This document shows, piece after piece, positions 1-11,321 of a stretch of 59,394 nucleotides of DNA. Where the stretch lies: positions 1 to 59,394 of the forward strand of contig CAMEUC010000001.1 of the NCBI GenBank assembly GCA_945937855.1, given 5' to 3'. The notes under the pieces are model-generated. The model saw nothing but the letters and a program-made list of their open reading frames with translations, did no database searches and had not been told where the DNA came from. Numbering within the stretch: the stretch's first letter is position 1; the number at the start of each line of letters is the position of its first letter. The stretch is from an uncultured Clostridium sp. GTDB taxonomy: Bacteria; Bacillota; Clostridia; TANB77; CAG-508. The position numbers and the translations under genes are program-made.

Positions 1-3000
1 ATTAGATGAAGTAGCTTCAAAATGGAAAAATTTTGACCAAACAAAACAATCTCAAATTGCAACTGCAATTGCAGGTGTAAGACAACAAGAAAACTTTAGA
101 GCATTGATGAACAATTATGATGAAGTTGGACGTCTTGCAGGAGTTGCAGCAGATTCAACAGGGTCAGCATCAAAAAGAATGGAAACGTATCTTGATAGCG
201 TAGAAGCAAAAACTAACAATTTAAAAGCAGCTTGGGAAAATTTCGTAATGAGTTTAAATCAAAGTGAAAGTTATAAAAGCTTTTTAGATATGTTAACAAA
301 TTTATTAGATAAACTACAATATGTTGATTGGAAATCTGTTGCTGGAGTTTTAACTTTATTTATTACAGTACTTGGCATAATAAAAGCAACAAAAGGTATT
401 ACTACACTTATTACAGCAATTAAAGAATTTAAAGGATTAAGTTCGTTAGCAGGAATTTTCTCATCAAAAATATTATTAGTTGTTGCAGCTATTGCAGCTA
501 TTGCTGTAGCTATAAATTCTATTAATACAAATTTTGATAAACAAATAGCAGATATAGATAAAAGAGTAGATTCTATTAATAAAGAGAAAGAAGCTGTTGA
601 AGAAGATAAAAAATCTGTTCAAGAACTATATAACGAATATCAAAATTTACAATCAAAACAGCAGTTAAGTGGATTAGATACATCTGAGAAACAAAGAATG
701 GCTGAAGTAACGAAAGAACTTGTTGAGCAATATGGATTCGAATATAGTGCAGTAGATTCTTTAAATGGTGGATATGTATTAGCAACAGATGCTCTTACAA
801 AATATATGGAAGCAAAAGAAAAACAATTAAAACAATTGGATGAAGAAGAACGAAAATCGAAAATAGAAAAAGTTGCAAAACAGATAAAAAAGCAGAATTC
901 TAATATTAAAGCAAAAGGAGCTAGTGAAAATCTTACAAATTTAGGTTTTGGTTTTGAACAAGCAAAAAATGAATTAGATGCAGTTGGATTTTTTGGTTCA
1001 TTGGGGTTAGAATGGAATGCATATAAATATGCGTTTGGTAATTGGGGAAATGGAAATTTCTTTGATAATTATGATAAAGAACTTCAAAGACAATATAAAG
1101 AAAAAGTAGGAGAATTTGAAGATAATATAGTTGAAGGATGGGATGAAATAACATCTGGAATTGTTGATACTTTAGCTCCCGCAATTGAATCTTCTGGATT
1201 ATCTGATAGGTTTACAGAATTATTTACTGCTCAAGTAAAAGCTGGAATAAAGAATGTAGATACATCTAAACTTGAAACAGATGAAAGTGTTGAAAAATTA
1301 ATAAAATCATATGAAAAATTACTTAGCCAACCAGAGATAAAGAATTATTCAAATGAATTAGATAAAAAATTAACAGAATTTGAAACAAAAATATCTGATA
1401 AAAATGCTCATATGTCATTACAAGATTACAAAGATTATAATGATGCATTAGAAAAACAAGCAAGTTTATCTATAACATTATTAAGTAATATGATTGGTAT
1501 AGATAAAGCAAAAGATATAGTATCAAAGTCATTAAATCAACAACTTGCTAATAGCGGTAGTTATTTTGCATTATTGTCTGACCAAATTAAAAAAGACTTT
1601 GGAGAAGATAGCCAAGTTGTTAAAAATTTTGATAACATAGCAGGAAGTATTATTAATATTAATAAACAATTAGCAGATGGACAAATTGATGTAAAAAACT
1701 ATTTTAATTTAATAAAAAATGAAATAGATAGTATTGATACAAAAAAATTAGAAGATAGTTTTGGTAATATAGGAAATTATCTTGCTACTATGGGACAAAT
1801 TGCTAATTCAAGTGGTGGACAATTACAAACAATCATTACAAATATGCAACAAGGTAAAAAACTAAATAATGAGGGAGTAGATGACATAAAGTCTTATGTT
1901 GGAATTTTAGGAATGGTAAAAAATTCTACAAAAAAACATATGACTGATGAAAATGGCAACTACAAAATATTTAAAGATACGAAAGGTAATGATTATGATT
2001 CAAGACAATTATTTGAAGATACATCTGGAACAAATCAATCAACAGTCACTAACCTTCAAAAGCAACAATCAAGTTTGCAAGAAAAAATTAACAACCTAAA
2101 TGCTCAAATATCCGCATTAAATAAAGCTAAAAATGGTGAAACTGTACCTTCAGATATGAATGTAAAAACTAGCACATCTGATAATAAATCTGTATATAAT
2201 AGAAGTGTTCAACAGCCATCAATTAGTGATTCTAATATAAAATTGGCATCAAAACCTGTTCAACAAACATCAAAAATTACAGGAAATGACCCTATTAAAG
2301 GTCTTCAAGTAAGTGATGATGATATATTAGACAGAATTGCTGCGATAAATAAAGGGCAAGATGAGACAGCAAACAAAGCAAAAGCGATTAAGGAAATTAA
2401 CGAATTAATCGCACAGAAACAGAAAGAACTTAATAAACTTAAAGAAAAAGATACTGGAATAACAGAAGATATCGAAAAAGAACAAAAGAAAGTAAATAAA
2501 GGAATGGATTCATATCTTGATGATATGGAAAAAGGAGTTAGTTTCTTAGACCGTTATGATTGGGATAACTTAGATAAAGCATCAGATACTCTATTTCAAG
2601 GTTTTGCTGATGGGGCATTTAATGCCAATTCTACAATAGATAATGTAGAAGAAAATTATAAAAATGCTGCATTATCTATGGCAGATGCATTTATTGATAT
2701 GACTAGTCAATCTAATGAAGCATTTACGTCATTAGGAGAAAATGTTCAAACGCAATTACAAAATATTAGTGCAGAAACATTAAAGCAGATTGGATTGACA
2801 TCTGAAGCAACAAATACAGAAATTGCTAATGCAATGTTACAAAGTCAAAGTAATTTTAATGCTGTAGTAGGAGCAATGAATAAAAATGCTCAAACAGCAT
2901 TATCTGAAGTACTTAAAGGTGCTGGAGGAATGTTAGAAGCATTAGGAGCAGCTATTGAATCATTTACTGGAGAAATAAAGATTTCTATTGGTGGAATAAG

Positions 3001-5614
3001 ATTTAATGGATTAAAAACATTTGCTAGCTGGGATGGTGGAGACTTGTTCTCTAGTGATAGTAAACCTGTTGAAACATCTATTAAATTTAGTGGTTCAGGA
3101 ATAGATACAAAGAGTTTGGGAGCTGGTATTAAAGATGCTGGAACAGCATTAAAAAATAATGCAGATACTTTAGCCGCGCAATGGACTCCAATTCAACCAA
3201 ATTTACTTAATAAAAAAACTAATGGTGGAAAAACTGGAGGATTAAATAATGGCGGTGGAGGCTCTAAAAAAGGTTCAGGTTCAGAATATTCAGCAGAAGA
3301 TGCAGCATCTGACCTTAAAGACATTCTTCAAGACATCGAAGATTATGAAGCAGATATTGAGTTAGACCTTGAAGACCAAACAGAGCAATTAATAAATCAA
3401 TATAATTTAAAAAAGAATCAATTAGATGCACTTAAAGAAGAGTTAGATTATTATGATAGTATTTATGATGTTACAGAAAATACTACAAAATGGTTAGATA
3501 CTCAATTAAAGATACTAGATGAAGAATCTAAAAAAGTTGCAGAGATACAAAATGCAAATGATAAGATTGATAAACAAAGACAAAAAATATATAATGAAAA
3601 TTCTAAATATAATGTACAATCTTGGTTTGATAGCGAAGGAAATGAGACTTTAGCATATGGAAATTTATTAAATTCTTTTGAATATCGTAAAAACGAAATA
3701 GAAAAAGAGACTGCTGCTGCAATGCGTGCAGAGTATAATAAAGTTGCAAATAGTACAGATAAAGATACTATTAGCGCAGCAAAAGACAGAATTAAACAAA
3801 TTGAAAAAGATGGCGACATCAAGATAAAAGCTATTGATAAAGAACGCGATAAAGTTGAAAATATTTATGATAGCGTTAGTCAATTAAATGATGCTTGGAA
3901 AGAAAACCAAGAGGCTATTAGAGAAGCACTTCAAGAGTTAAATGATAAAGTTAAATCAATTCGTGATGAATTAATTGATGATATTATGGAACAACTTGAA
4001 CGTGCTGTAGACAAGATGAATACAAGTATTGAGAAAGATGTTACTAGATTAGAACAACTTAAACAAGTTCAAGAATCATATAATGATATTTTAAATGATG
4101 CAATAGATACACAACAAGAACTTGAAGATGAGTTAAAAGCTAATATGGACTCTTATCAATACCTTGATGATACAATGCGTCAATTAATGTTCAATGAAGA
4201 TGATTATAAGCAATTAAGTGGAGTTATTGAAAGAATTCAATCTGATATTGCAGGTATTTGGGAAGACCACTATAATCAAATTCAAAACTTAACAGAAGAT
4301 GAAATGTATAAGGCAGAGTACATAACAAATGAAACAGAAAGACAGCTTGCTGCTAAACAAAAAGAATATGACCTTGCTAAAGCAGAATTAGATGTTGCGA
4401 AAGCACAAACAAATTTGAATAATGTAAAGAACGAAAGAAACACAAGAATATTTGCTAATGGAGAATGGCAGTGGGTTGCAAATCCAGATGACGTTAAATC
4501 AGCACAACAACAATTGATGGAAGCCGAACGTGAAAAAACAAGATTGGAACGTGAAGCTGAACAACAATTATTAATAGATGCAATGGATAAAATGATAGAT
4601 TCAGATAACCTTCAAATTGACAAAAATAATGAATTGTTAGAAAACATTCAAGATGCAATAGAAAAAGAAACAGAAGAAGTTAAATCAATTGAAGAAGCTT
4701 TGTTAAATGCAGATAAAGCAAATCTACCAGCATTAACTACAACATTAATTGGAGCATTAGGCTCTGATGGCGGATATATGAAAGAATTACTTGGAGAAAT
4801 TAATCATTCTCAAGTAGAACTTGCTGCCGCTTTAAGAGGGCAAACAGTGCAACAAGCTATTGACCAATTAAAATCAGGAACAATGAGCCAATCAGAATTT
4901 GAAGAATTAACAAAAAGATTAGGATTTTCATTCAATCCTACAACTGGAATGGTAACAACTCAAGATGGAAGTTTTGCTGCTCATTATAAAGGATGGGTTA
5001 AAAAATCAAATAGTGATACTCAACTAGGAACTGCTGCAAACGGAGTACAAGTTACTGGAGGTCAAGCTGGTTCTGGACAAGCAAATGCTGCAACGTCTGG
5101 TGGCAATGGAGGAGGAAGTTCTTTCCCAAGAAATGGTAGAGTAACTACAAGCTCATTACCATTAAGAATCCGTTCAGGTGCTGGTACACAATATAAAATT
5201 CTTGGAACTATGCCAAAAGGTGCCAATGTTACTATTTTAGGTGAAGCTAATAGTGGTTGGGCACAAGTTAGATATGGTGGTATTACTGGATATGCAAGCA
5301 GACAATATTTACATTATGACCAAGGTGGAATTGCAAGTGGTATAGGATATATGCCAAAAGCTACATTAAAACCAGAACGTGTATTATCACCAAGACAAAC
5401 AAAAGCATTTGAAAAATTAGTAAATAATATTACAACAAATCCTGTATTAAATGCTTTAAGTAGAATCCCAAGTGTAAATTCAAAATTGGGAAATTTAGCA
5501 GGAGAAACAAATAATAGTAAAAATTATTACTTTAGTAATTTTACAGTTCAAGCAGATGATATTCAACAATTTATAAATAGTATTGAAACAATAATGCCTA
5601 TAAATAACAAATAG
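1..5614 (+). CDS. Tail tape measure protein (5' end outside the window) with a C-terminal SH3b-like module
   Basis: The frame is open from nt 2 (LDEVASKWKNFDQTKQSQIATAIAGVRQQENFRAL...), so the track start at 104 (TTG) is not the true start. The protein exceeds 1830 aa. It has hydrophobic segments (VAGVLTLFITVLGII, ILLVVAAIAAIAVAI), a very long K/E/Q-rich coiled-coil body and Gly-rich linkers. It lies directly upstream of the tail genes. Confidence 0.85.
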   Translation, partial: LDEVASKWKNFDQTKQSQIATAIAGVRQQENFRALMNNYDEVGRLAGVAADSTGSASKRMETYLDSVEAKTNNLKAAWENFVMSLNQSESYKSFLDMLTNLLDKLQYVDWKSVAGVLTLFITVLGIIKATKGITTLITAIKEFKGLSSLAGIFSSKILLVVAAIAAIAVAINSINTNFDKQIADIDKRVDSINKEKEAVEEDKKSVQELYNEYQNLQSKQQLSGLDTSEKQRMAEVTKELVEQYGFEYSAVDSLNGGYVLATDALTKYMEAKEKQLKQLDEEERKSKIEKVAKQIKKQNSNIKAKGASENLTNLGFGFEQAKNELDAVGFFGSLGLEWNAYKYAFGNWGNGNFFDNYDKELQRQYKEKVGEFEDNIVEGWDEITSGIVDTLAPAIESSGLSDRFTELFTAQVKAGIKNVDTSKLETDESVEKLIKSYEKLLSQPEIKNYSNELDKKLTEFETKISDKNAHMSLQDYKDYNDALEKQASLSITLLSNMIGIDKAKDIVSKSLNQQLANSGSYFALLSDQIKKDFGEDSQVVKNFDNIAGSIININKQLADGQIDVKNYFNLIKNEIDSIDTKKLEDSFGNIGNYLATMGQIANSSGGQLQTIITNMQQGKKLNNEGVDDIKSYVGILGMVKNSTKKHMTDENGNYKIFKDTKGNDYDSRQLFEDTSGTNQSTVTNLQKQQSSLQEKINNLNAQISALNKAKNGETVPSDMNVKTSTSDNKSVYNRSVQQPSISDSNIKLASKPVQQTSKITGNDPIKGLQVSDDDILDRIAAINKGQDETANKAKAIKEINELIAQKQKELNKLKEKDTGITEDIEKEQKKVNKGMDSYLDDMEKGVSFLDRYDWDNLDKASDTLFQGFADGAFNANSTIDNVEENYKNAALSMADAFIDMTSQSNEAFTSLGENVQTQLQNISAETLKQIGLTSEATNTEIANAMLQSQSNFNAVVGAMNKNAQTALSEVLKGAGGMLEALGAAIESFTGEIKISIGGIRFNGLKTFASWDGGDLFSSDSKPVETSIKFSGSGIDTKSLGAGIKDAGTALKNNADTLAAQWTPIQPNLLNKKTNGGKTGGLNNGGGGSKKGSGSEYSAEDAASDLKDILQDIEDYEADIELDLEDQTEQLINQYNLKKNQLDALKEELDYYDSIYDVTENTTKWLDTQLKILDEESKKVAEIQNANDKIDKQRQKIYNENSKYNVQSWFDSEGNETLAYGNLLNSFEYRKNEIEKETAAAMRAEYNKVANSTDKDTISAAKDRIKQIEKDGDIKIKAIDKERDKVENIYDSVSQLNDAWKENQEAIREALQELNDKVKSIRDELIDDIMEQLERAVDKMNTSIEKDVTRLEQLKQVQESYNDILNDAIDTQQELEDELKANMDSYQYLDDTMRQLMFNEDDYKQLSGVIERIQSDIAGIWEDHYNQIQNLTEDEMYKAEYITNETERQLAAKQKEYDLAKAELDVAKAQTNLNNVKNERNTRIFANGEWQWVANPDDVKSAQQQLMEAEREKTRLEREAEQQLLIDAMDKMIDSDNLQIDKNNELLENIQDAIEKETEEVKSIEEALLNADKANLPALTTTLIGALGSDGGYMKELLGEINHSQVELAAALRGQTVQQAIDQLKSGTMSQSEFEELTKRLGFSFNPTTGMVTTQDGSFAAHYKGWVKKSNSDTQLGTAANGVQVTGGQAGSGQANAATSGGNGGGSSFPRNGRVTTSSLPLRIRSGAGTQYKILGTMPKGANVTILGEANSGWAQVRYGGITGYASRQYLHYDQGGIASGIGYMPKATLKPERVLSPRQTKAFEKLVNNITTNPVLNALSRIPSVNSKLGNLAGETNNSKNYYFSNFTVQADDIQQFINSIETIMPINNK

Positions 5615-5652
5615 GCATTATTTGTTTTATTTAAGAAAGTAGGTGAAATAAA

Positions 5653-8196
5653 ATGGCTTTATATCAGCCAAGTTTTTGTATTCCAAAAAATCAAGCCATA
5701 GATGTTACAAATCAAGATGATATGACATTTAGTTTTAAATTAAATGGAAATAATCCATTAGTTGCATATAATATTCAAATATTTGATAATGATACAAATA
5801 ACTTAGTTTATGAATTAGTAAGTACAGAAAATGAAAGAGCTATACAAGCTAACATTCAAGAAATATCAAATTGGTTATCAGTACAAGATACAAAACAAGA
5901 TAAGGTAGATGAATCTGAAACTGCATATAAGTCTAGTAAAATAAAAACAAACTTCAGAAATGAATTAAGAAAGACTATTGCAAACGAAAAAAAGAAACTT
6001 ATTACAATGGAAGAAATTCTTCAAAAGAAGAAAGATGGGAAAACCTTAGGGCAAACTGAGATATCAAAGTATTTTGAATATTGGGGAAATATTATAACAG
6101 ATTTAGGAAATCTTATTGGAAATGAAGAACATCCTATTGCAAATACTGGAGAATATATATTAAATACTATTGAAGATTGGTTGAATATTGACCCTGCAAG
6201 GAAAGACGGAATAGAATATGCAGATGAAGATAAAGAAATAATTGATAGAAGTGCTTTCAATAAAGTAAAAGAAACTTATATTTCATTAAAACAATATTAT
6301 GAAGATGTAATGAAAGCAAGAGGTGGAGCATCAGATACAACTTATATTAATGATACAACTTATAATAAAGCAAAACAATCAGCTTATCTAATATATTCTG
6401 AATTTTCTAATGAACCATATTTTAACCAAGATTTATATGAATCAATAAATTCCGTATGGATTGGAGTAAATTTTGATAAATTAAGAAATCAAATAGATTT
6501 ATATAAAGATAAATGGATGAAAGAAATTAGTCAACAAGAATATGCATTAGCCCATCTTAATGGTGGAGAAACAAATCAAAAAGTAAATATCTATAAAAGT
6601 GCATCAGCATCAACGTCAAATATTGCTTATGTTTTACCAAAAGGAGCACAAATAGCTATAATTAAGGGAAGTACAGAACCACCATCAGGATGGTATTATA
6701 TTTCTAGTAATGGACATTTTGGATATATACAATCTCAATATGTAACATTATATAACATTCAAAATGGAAAGTATTATTTAGAAGAACCAATATATCCAAC
6801 TAATTATGAAGGAGAACAAAATACAGTATATCATCAATTACCAATTAATGTTTTACAGAATGGTAAATCATATAAATGGTCTGTTACTTTATATTGGAGC
6901 ACTTCTGGGAAATATAATGAAGATAGCAAAATAGATGGTAGTTTAATAAGTGTAGAAAATTATTTTGACACTAGAAAAAGACCAATATTAAATTTAGCAA
7001 ATTATAAAGAAATATTTACAATTCCTTTTAATTATGTAAATACAAAAAATGATATTGTTGTTACTACAGATGATTCACAAATAATGACAATTAAAGCTGG
7101 AAGTTCTGTAAGAATAATTACTTTAGTTAGTGGAGATGAATCAAGAGCTAATATAGAATATGTTGATGAAGATACAAACTCTACATATCAAACAACTGTA
7201 CCAGTTAGTGATTTAACAAGTTTAGGTTTGTATGATACATCTCAAAATTATATTCTTCCATCAAAAAAAGCAATATTTAGAGGATATTATGAACAAGAAC
7301 AATTTGTATCAATATCTTATTTTAGATGGGTATTGTATAAATTACAATATGATAGCGAAGAGATTACAGAAGTTGTAAAAGATACAGGAATGATTCCAAG
7401 TGTAGATTTTAAATTTTTCTATGATGGATTTTTAAATGATGAGAAATATGCAATTCAAATATTTGTACAAACTTTGGATAATGTAGAAGTACAAACTGAA
7501 CCTATTAAATTTAAAGTGTCTTATATTAATTATGAAATAGATAATATGCTTAATGCAGAAAATAGCCCAATTGAACACGGAGTAATTGTAGAATGGTCAA
7601 ATTTAAGACTTATTCAGGGAGAAATTGAAGGAAATAGCCATTATGAAATGGATACCCCAGTAGAGAATAAAACATCTTTAACATTAGATAAAGGGTCAAC
7701 TTTAACATTTGATAAAGATAAAGAAAGACCATTAAGTGTCGATTTTGATGCAAATCAAATATTATGTACTAGATTCGATGAAGAAAGACCAACTGAATCT
7801 CAAATATATTATACAGCTTCTGGATTAGATGACAATGGGGAAGTTATTTCTAAAACTTTACAAATGATTCCAAAGGAAGATACTCAAACTACAGGTAAAG
7901 TTATATTAAGATATACAATTAAAACTGCAACTGGAGTTGAAAGTTATGACCAAGAAATTATAGCATCAGCTTTATATTGGTATGTAATTATTATGAAAAA
8001 AGATGGATTTGTAGTATTCACTAAATATGCTCAAGGATTATTCCCAGCACTTGACCAATATCCAAATCTTAATAAATTTACTGGAGCAAAAGGATTATAT
8101 CCAGATGCACTTACATATCTTGAAGAACCAAGTGATAAAGTTGAATATAATTATCAAACTATTGTTGATAGAGATGGAAATGAGATTACAGAATAG
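5653..8196 (+). CDS. Large tail/baseplate structural protein with an inserted SH3b-like segment
   Basis: 847-aa ORF immediately after the tape measure gene, with an RBS (gtaggtgaaataaaATG). It contains an internal SH3b-like stretch, KVNIYKSASASTSNIAYVLPKGAQIAIIKGSTEPPSGWYYISSNGHFGYIQSQYV. The family was not recognised with certainty; the call rests mainly on position. Confidence 0.6.
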   Translation: MALYQPSFCIPKNQAIDVTNQDDMTFSFKLNGNNPLVAYNIQIFDNDTNNLVYELVSTENERAIQANIQEISNWLSVQDTKQDKVDESETAYKSSKIKTNFRNELRKTIANEKKKLITMEEILQKKKDGKTLGQTEISKYFEYWGNIITDLGNLIGNEEHPIANTGEYILNTIEDWLNIDPARKDGIEYADEDKEIIDRSAFNKVKETYISLKQYYEDVMKARGGASDTTYINDTTYNKAKQSAYLIYSEFSNEPYFNQDLYESINSVWIGVNFDKLRNQIDLYKDKWMKEISQQEYALAHLNGGETNQKVNIYKSASASTSNIAYVLPKGAQIAIIKGSTEPPSGWYYISSNGHFGYIQSQYVTLYNIQNGKYYLEEPIYPTNYEGEQNTVYHQLPINVLQNGKSYKWSVTLYWSTSGKYNEDSKIDGSLISVENYFDTRKRPILNLANYKEIFTIPFNYVNTKNDIVVTTDDSQIMTIKAGSSVRIITLVSGDESRANIEYVDEDTNSTYQTTVPVSDLTSLGLYDTSQNYILPSKKAIFRGYYEQEQFVSISYFRWVLYKLQYDSEEITEVVKDTGMIPSVDFKFFYDGFLNDEKYAIQIFVQTLDNVEVQTEPIKFKVSYINYEIDNMLNAENSPIEHGVIVEWSNLRLIQGEIEGNSHYEMDTPVENKTSLTLDKGSTLTFDKDKERPLSVDFDANQILCTRFDEERPTESQIYYTASGLDDNGEVISKTLQMIPKEDTQTTGKVILRYTIKTATGVESYDQEIIASALYWYVIIMKKDGFVVFTKYAQGLFPALDQYPNLNKFTGAKGLYPDALTYLEEPSDKVEYNYQTIVDRDGNEITE

Positions 8197-8213
8197 AAGG
8201 GAGAGAATAGTAA

Positions 8214-9374
8214 ATGGCAGCTACAATAAATAAAATAGAATTACGTGGGGCTCAAACTATAGATTATCTTTGGGTTACTAACACAGAAATGACAGCTGAT
8301 TGGGAAGCTATTCTCAACCAAGCTAATTTTGAACCTGTCTGGGATATTAATACTCAATTACTTGCAAAATTTAATAACTCATTAAATGCAGGAAATGCAG
8401 GAGAATTAGCAAGTAAAACATTAAAAGGATGGAAAGTATATAGACAAGATTTAGATGGTTCAACTTTAAAATATGTTAAAACATTAGACCCAGATGAAAT
8501 ATTTTTGGTAGATTACAATGTAAAATGGGGGCAAGAATATAAATATTATATGTTCCCAGATTATGAAGAAGCTATGGGTTCACCATTTGTTTCTAAACCA
8601 GTTAAGGCTTGTTGGGTAGATTGGATATTATTATTATGTAGGGAAGAAGAAGGAAAAAAAAATGAATTTGCAGTAGAAGAATCTTTCTTATTCCAATTAA
8701 ATACTCAAAGTGGGCAAATGAATAATAACGCAGATGCTAATATATTTAAAACATATCAAAAATATCCAAAAGTTGTTAAAGGAAAATCTAATTATTTAAG
8801 TGGACAATTATCTAGTTTAGTTGGTTATATTGGAGAAACTAATGGAGAATTAAATTATATTGAAAAATTAGATATGATAGATAGATTAACAAGTTTAAAT
8901 ACAGACCCAAGAAGAAAATTTTTAAAAGATAAAAAAGGTCACGTTTGGGAAGTAGAGTTAACTGCCCCAACAACTTTAGAGTATATGGAAAATGTTTCTG
9001 GGCAACCAGTAACTGGAGCTATAGCTTGGACAGAAGTTGCTTCAACAGAAAATGTTTCTATTTATAATGGAAACGCTAGAGAATTATGGTTACTTACTAC
9101 AACAGGAAATCCAGAATATAATGTTAAATATATTTGGGTTGATAGTGAATACTGGACTCCAAGTAAGTATTGGACTGAAGATGGACATCCTATATTTCCA
9201 ACATATACTGAAACTATTGTTGATACATCTGATGCAACAGCGACTGAATTTGATATTCTTGAAGGGAAAACGGCTTATGCAAAAGGAGAAAAGTTAACTG
9301 GAGTATATAAAGAAGTAATTACAAAAGCAGAGTATAACGAGGCAATTAATCAAGTAAATGAAATATTATCTTAA
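8214..9374 (+). CDS. Tail/baseplate structural protein
   Basis: 386-aa ORF tightly packed in the tail module, with RBS gaagggagag upstream of the ATG. No specific family recognised. Confidence 0.55.
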   Translation: MAATINKIELRGAQTIDYLWVTNTEMTADWEAILNQANFEPVWDINTQLLAKFNNSLNAGNAGELASKTLKGWKVYRQDLDGSTLKYVKTLDPDEIFLVDYNVKWGQEYKYYMFPDYEEAMGSPFVSKPVKACWVDWILLLCREEEGKKNEFAVEESFLFQLNTQSGQMNNNADANIFKTYQKYPKVVKGKSNYLSGQLSSLVGYIGETNGELNYIEKLDMIDRLTSLNTDPRRKFLKDKKGHVWEVELTAPTTLEYMENVSGQPVTGAIAWTEVASTENVSIYNGNARELWLLTTTGNPEYNVKYIWVDSEYWTPSKYWTEDGHPIFPTYTETIVDTSDATATEFDILEGKTAYAKGEKLTGVYKEVITKAEYNEAINQVNEILS

Positions 9375-9386
9375 AGGAGGATTATA

Positions 9387-11298
9387 ATGGGGGAACTAAA
9401 TGACAAACTAAATCAAATAAAAAATATCAAACAAGACATAAAACAATCTTTAGTTAATAAACGGACAAGAATCAGTTAGTGAAAGTGATTTTTCATCATA
9501 TCCAATTTTAATTGATGATATTTCAACAGAGCCTCCAGAATTAAAAACTTGGAAAGAAATAACTTTACCAATTTCTTTTAACAACCCAAGAAAGTGTACT
9601 TTTGATTTAGAACATATATTTATTTCAGATTCTACTTCAACTAGTAAGGTAACAGATTGGTCTGGGGTTTGGAGATATGATTATACTCACAATATAATGG
9701 AAAGACTAACTGATAAATATTATGGATATCAAGTTCAAATTATTGCGGAAAAGTATGCTCTTATTTATGGAGTTTCCAATAATACAGATATTATTCTATT
9801 TAATTTGCAAACTAATGAATATGATATTCTTGTATCAGATTTTTATTTACAATATATACAAGAAATATCTACGGGATATTTTTTTATAAATAGAGATTCA
9901 AATACAACAGGTTTATCTTATTTTTTAAATAAAGAAACATTAGAATTAACTCAAATTGAGAATATTGGGAATAGACGAATTGATTATCAAGATGGAAATT
10001 ATGTTTTATTTACGGGATATAATCTGGCACCAAGAATATATGACTTAAATAATAAAATAGCTACAACAATAACGAATTTATCAGGAGAGTATTTTAATTA
10101 TATTGATGTTGATGATAATATAACTTTATTATCTTATAGTTCAAATACAAGTACAACATCCTATTTAGGAATATGGAAATGGAATAAGTTAGAAAAGTCT
10201 ATGTCTAAAATTTATAATGAGGGATGTAGTTGGAAATATTATGCTAATTGTGATAATTGTGTCATAATTAGAAGTCCATATAAGCCAAATATTTTAAAAT
10301 ATAACAAAGAAGATAGTAATATATCAATATTATTGTCTGGTACAAAATATAATTTTAGTTCAAATGATATGAGTAAAATTGAAGAGGGCGTATTATTAAC
10401 AAATACTGTAGGAAGTGATGTATATATTTATAATGATAAAAAAGATAGTTTAAGAAAGCTATCTTTTACATCACCATACTCATTTCAACATTTTCCAGTA
10501 AAAGAGGGAGTATTTCTTGGAACCTCATATACTTCATCGGGATATTTTTATGAAACTGCGACAGATACAGTTAAAAGTATAGGGTATATTACTAGTCACT
10601 TCTCTGTATTTAATACGGAATATGGATATATATTAAAAAATATTAATAATGGAATACTTATATCAAAATTTGTTGATGGAAAAATTTCTACAAAAATAAT
10701 GGGGGCAGAGTCTTCAGGTAGTATAAAATATATTTCTAACTATGAAACAGATGATTATTATTATTTTTATGGAAGTAATACTGGTGGCGGTGGAAGAAAT
10801 ATTATTAAGGTTAGTAAGACAGATTATAATGATTGTAAATTATTATTAAAATCAAATCTTGATACTTTTAAAAGTTGTTTATCGTTGAATGACAATCTTA
10901 TTTTCTATAATTCAAAATTTGTTATATATAATGAAAAAAATGATGAAGTTGTTATCCCTGATATAAATCAATTTCTTGGAGACACATCAATATCATTGTG
11001 GGCAAAAAATATAATAGATAATAAAGAATATCTTTCAGATGGAGAAGGGATTATAGATTTGTCAGAAATGAAAATAAATAATATCCCAAATAGAAAATAT
11101 ATTTGGAATACATATACTTTTGATAGTCTTGGAGCAACAAATTTTTTAACTGGAGAAAAATATTCGTTTAAGATTAGGTATGATGCTAATTCTTTTAAAG
11201 ACTATTATTATGCTATATATGGTAGTAATACAACTAATTTTGATACAAAAATACTTGTTGGATTAAATAAAGCCAATATAATTATATGTGAAAATTAA
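9387..11298 (+). CDS. Tail-fibre-like protein that needs a +1 shift at CGG (9462-9464)
   Basis: RBS aaaggagg (9373-9380) precedes ATG 9387. The 0 frame reads MGELNDKLNQIKNIKQDIKQSLVNK, then CGG, and stops at TAG 9477-9479. The +1 frame is open from 9454 straight into the 9697..11298 track ORF (GQESVSESDFSSYPILIDDISTEPPELKTW...). Joining 9387..9461 to 9463..11298 gives one protein of about 636 aa and removes an apparent 320-nt gap. Confidence 0.65.
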
Positions 11299-11321
11299 TA
11301 TAAAAGGAAGGAGTGGATAAT

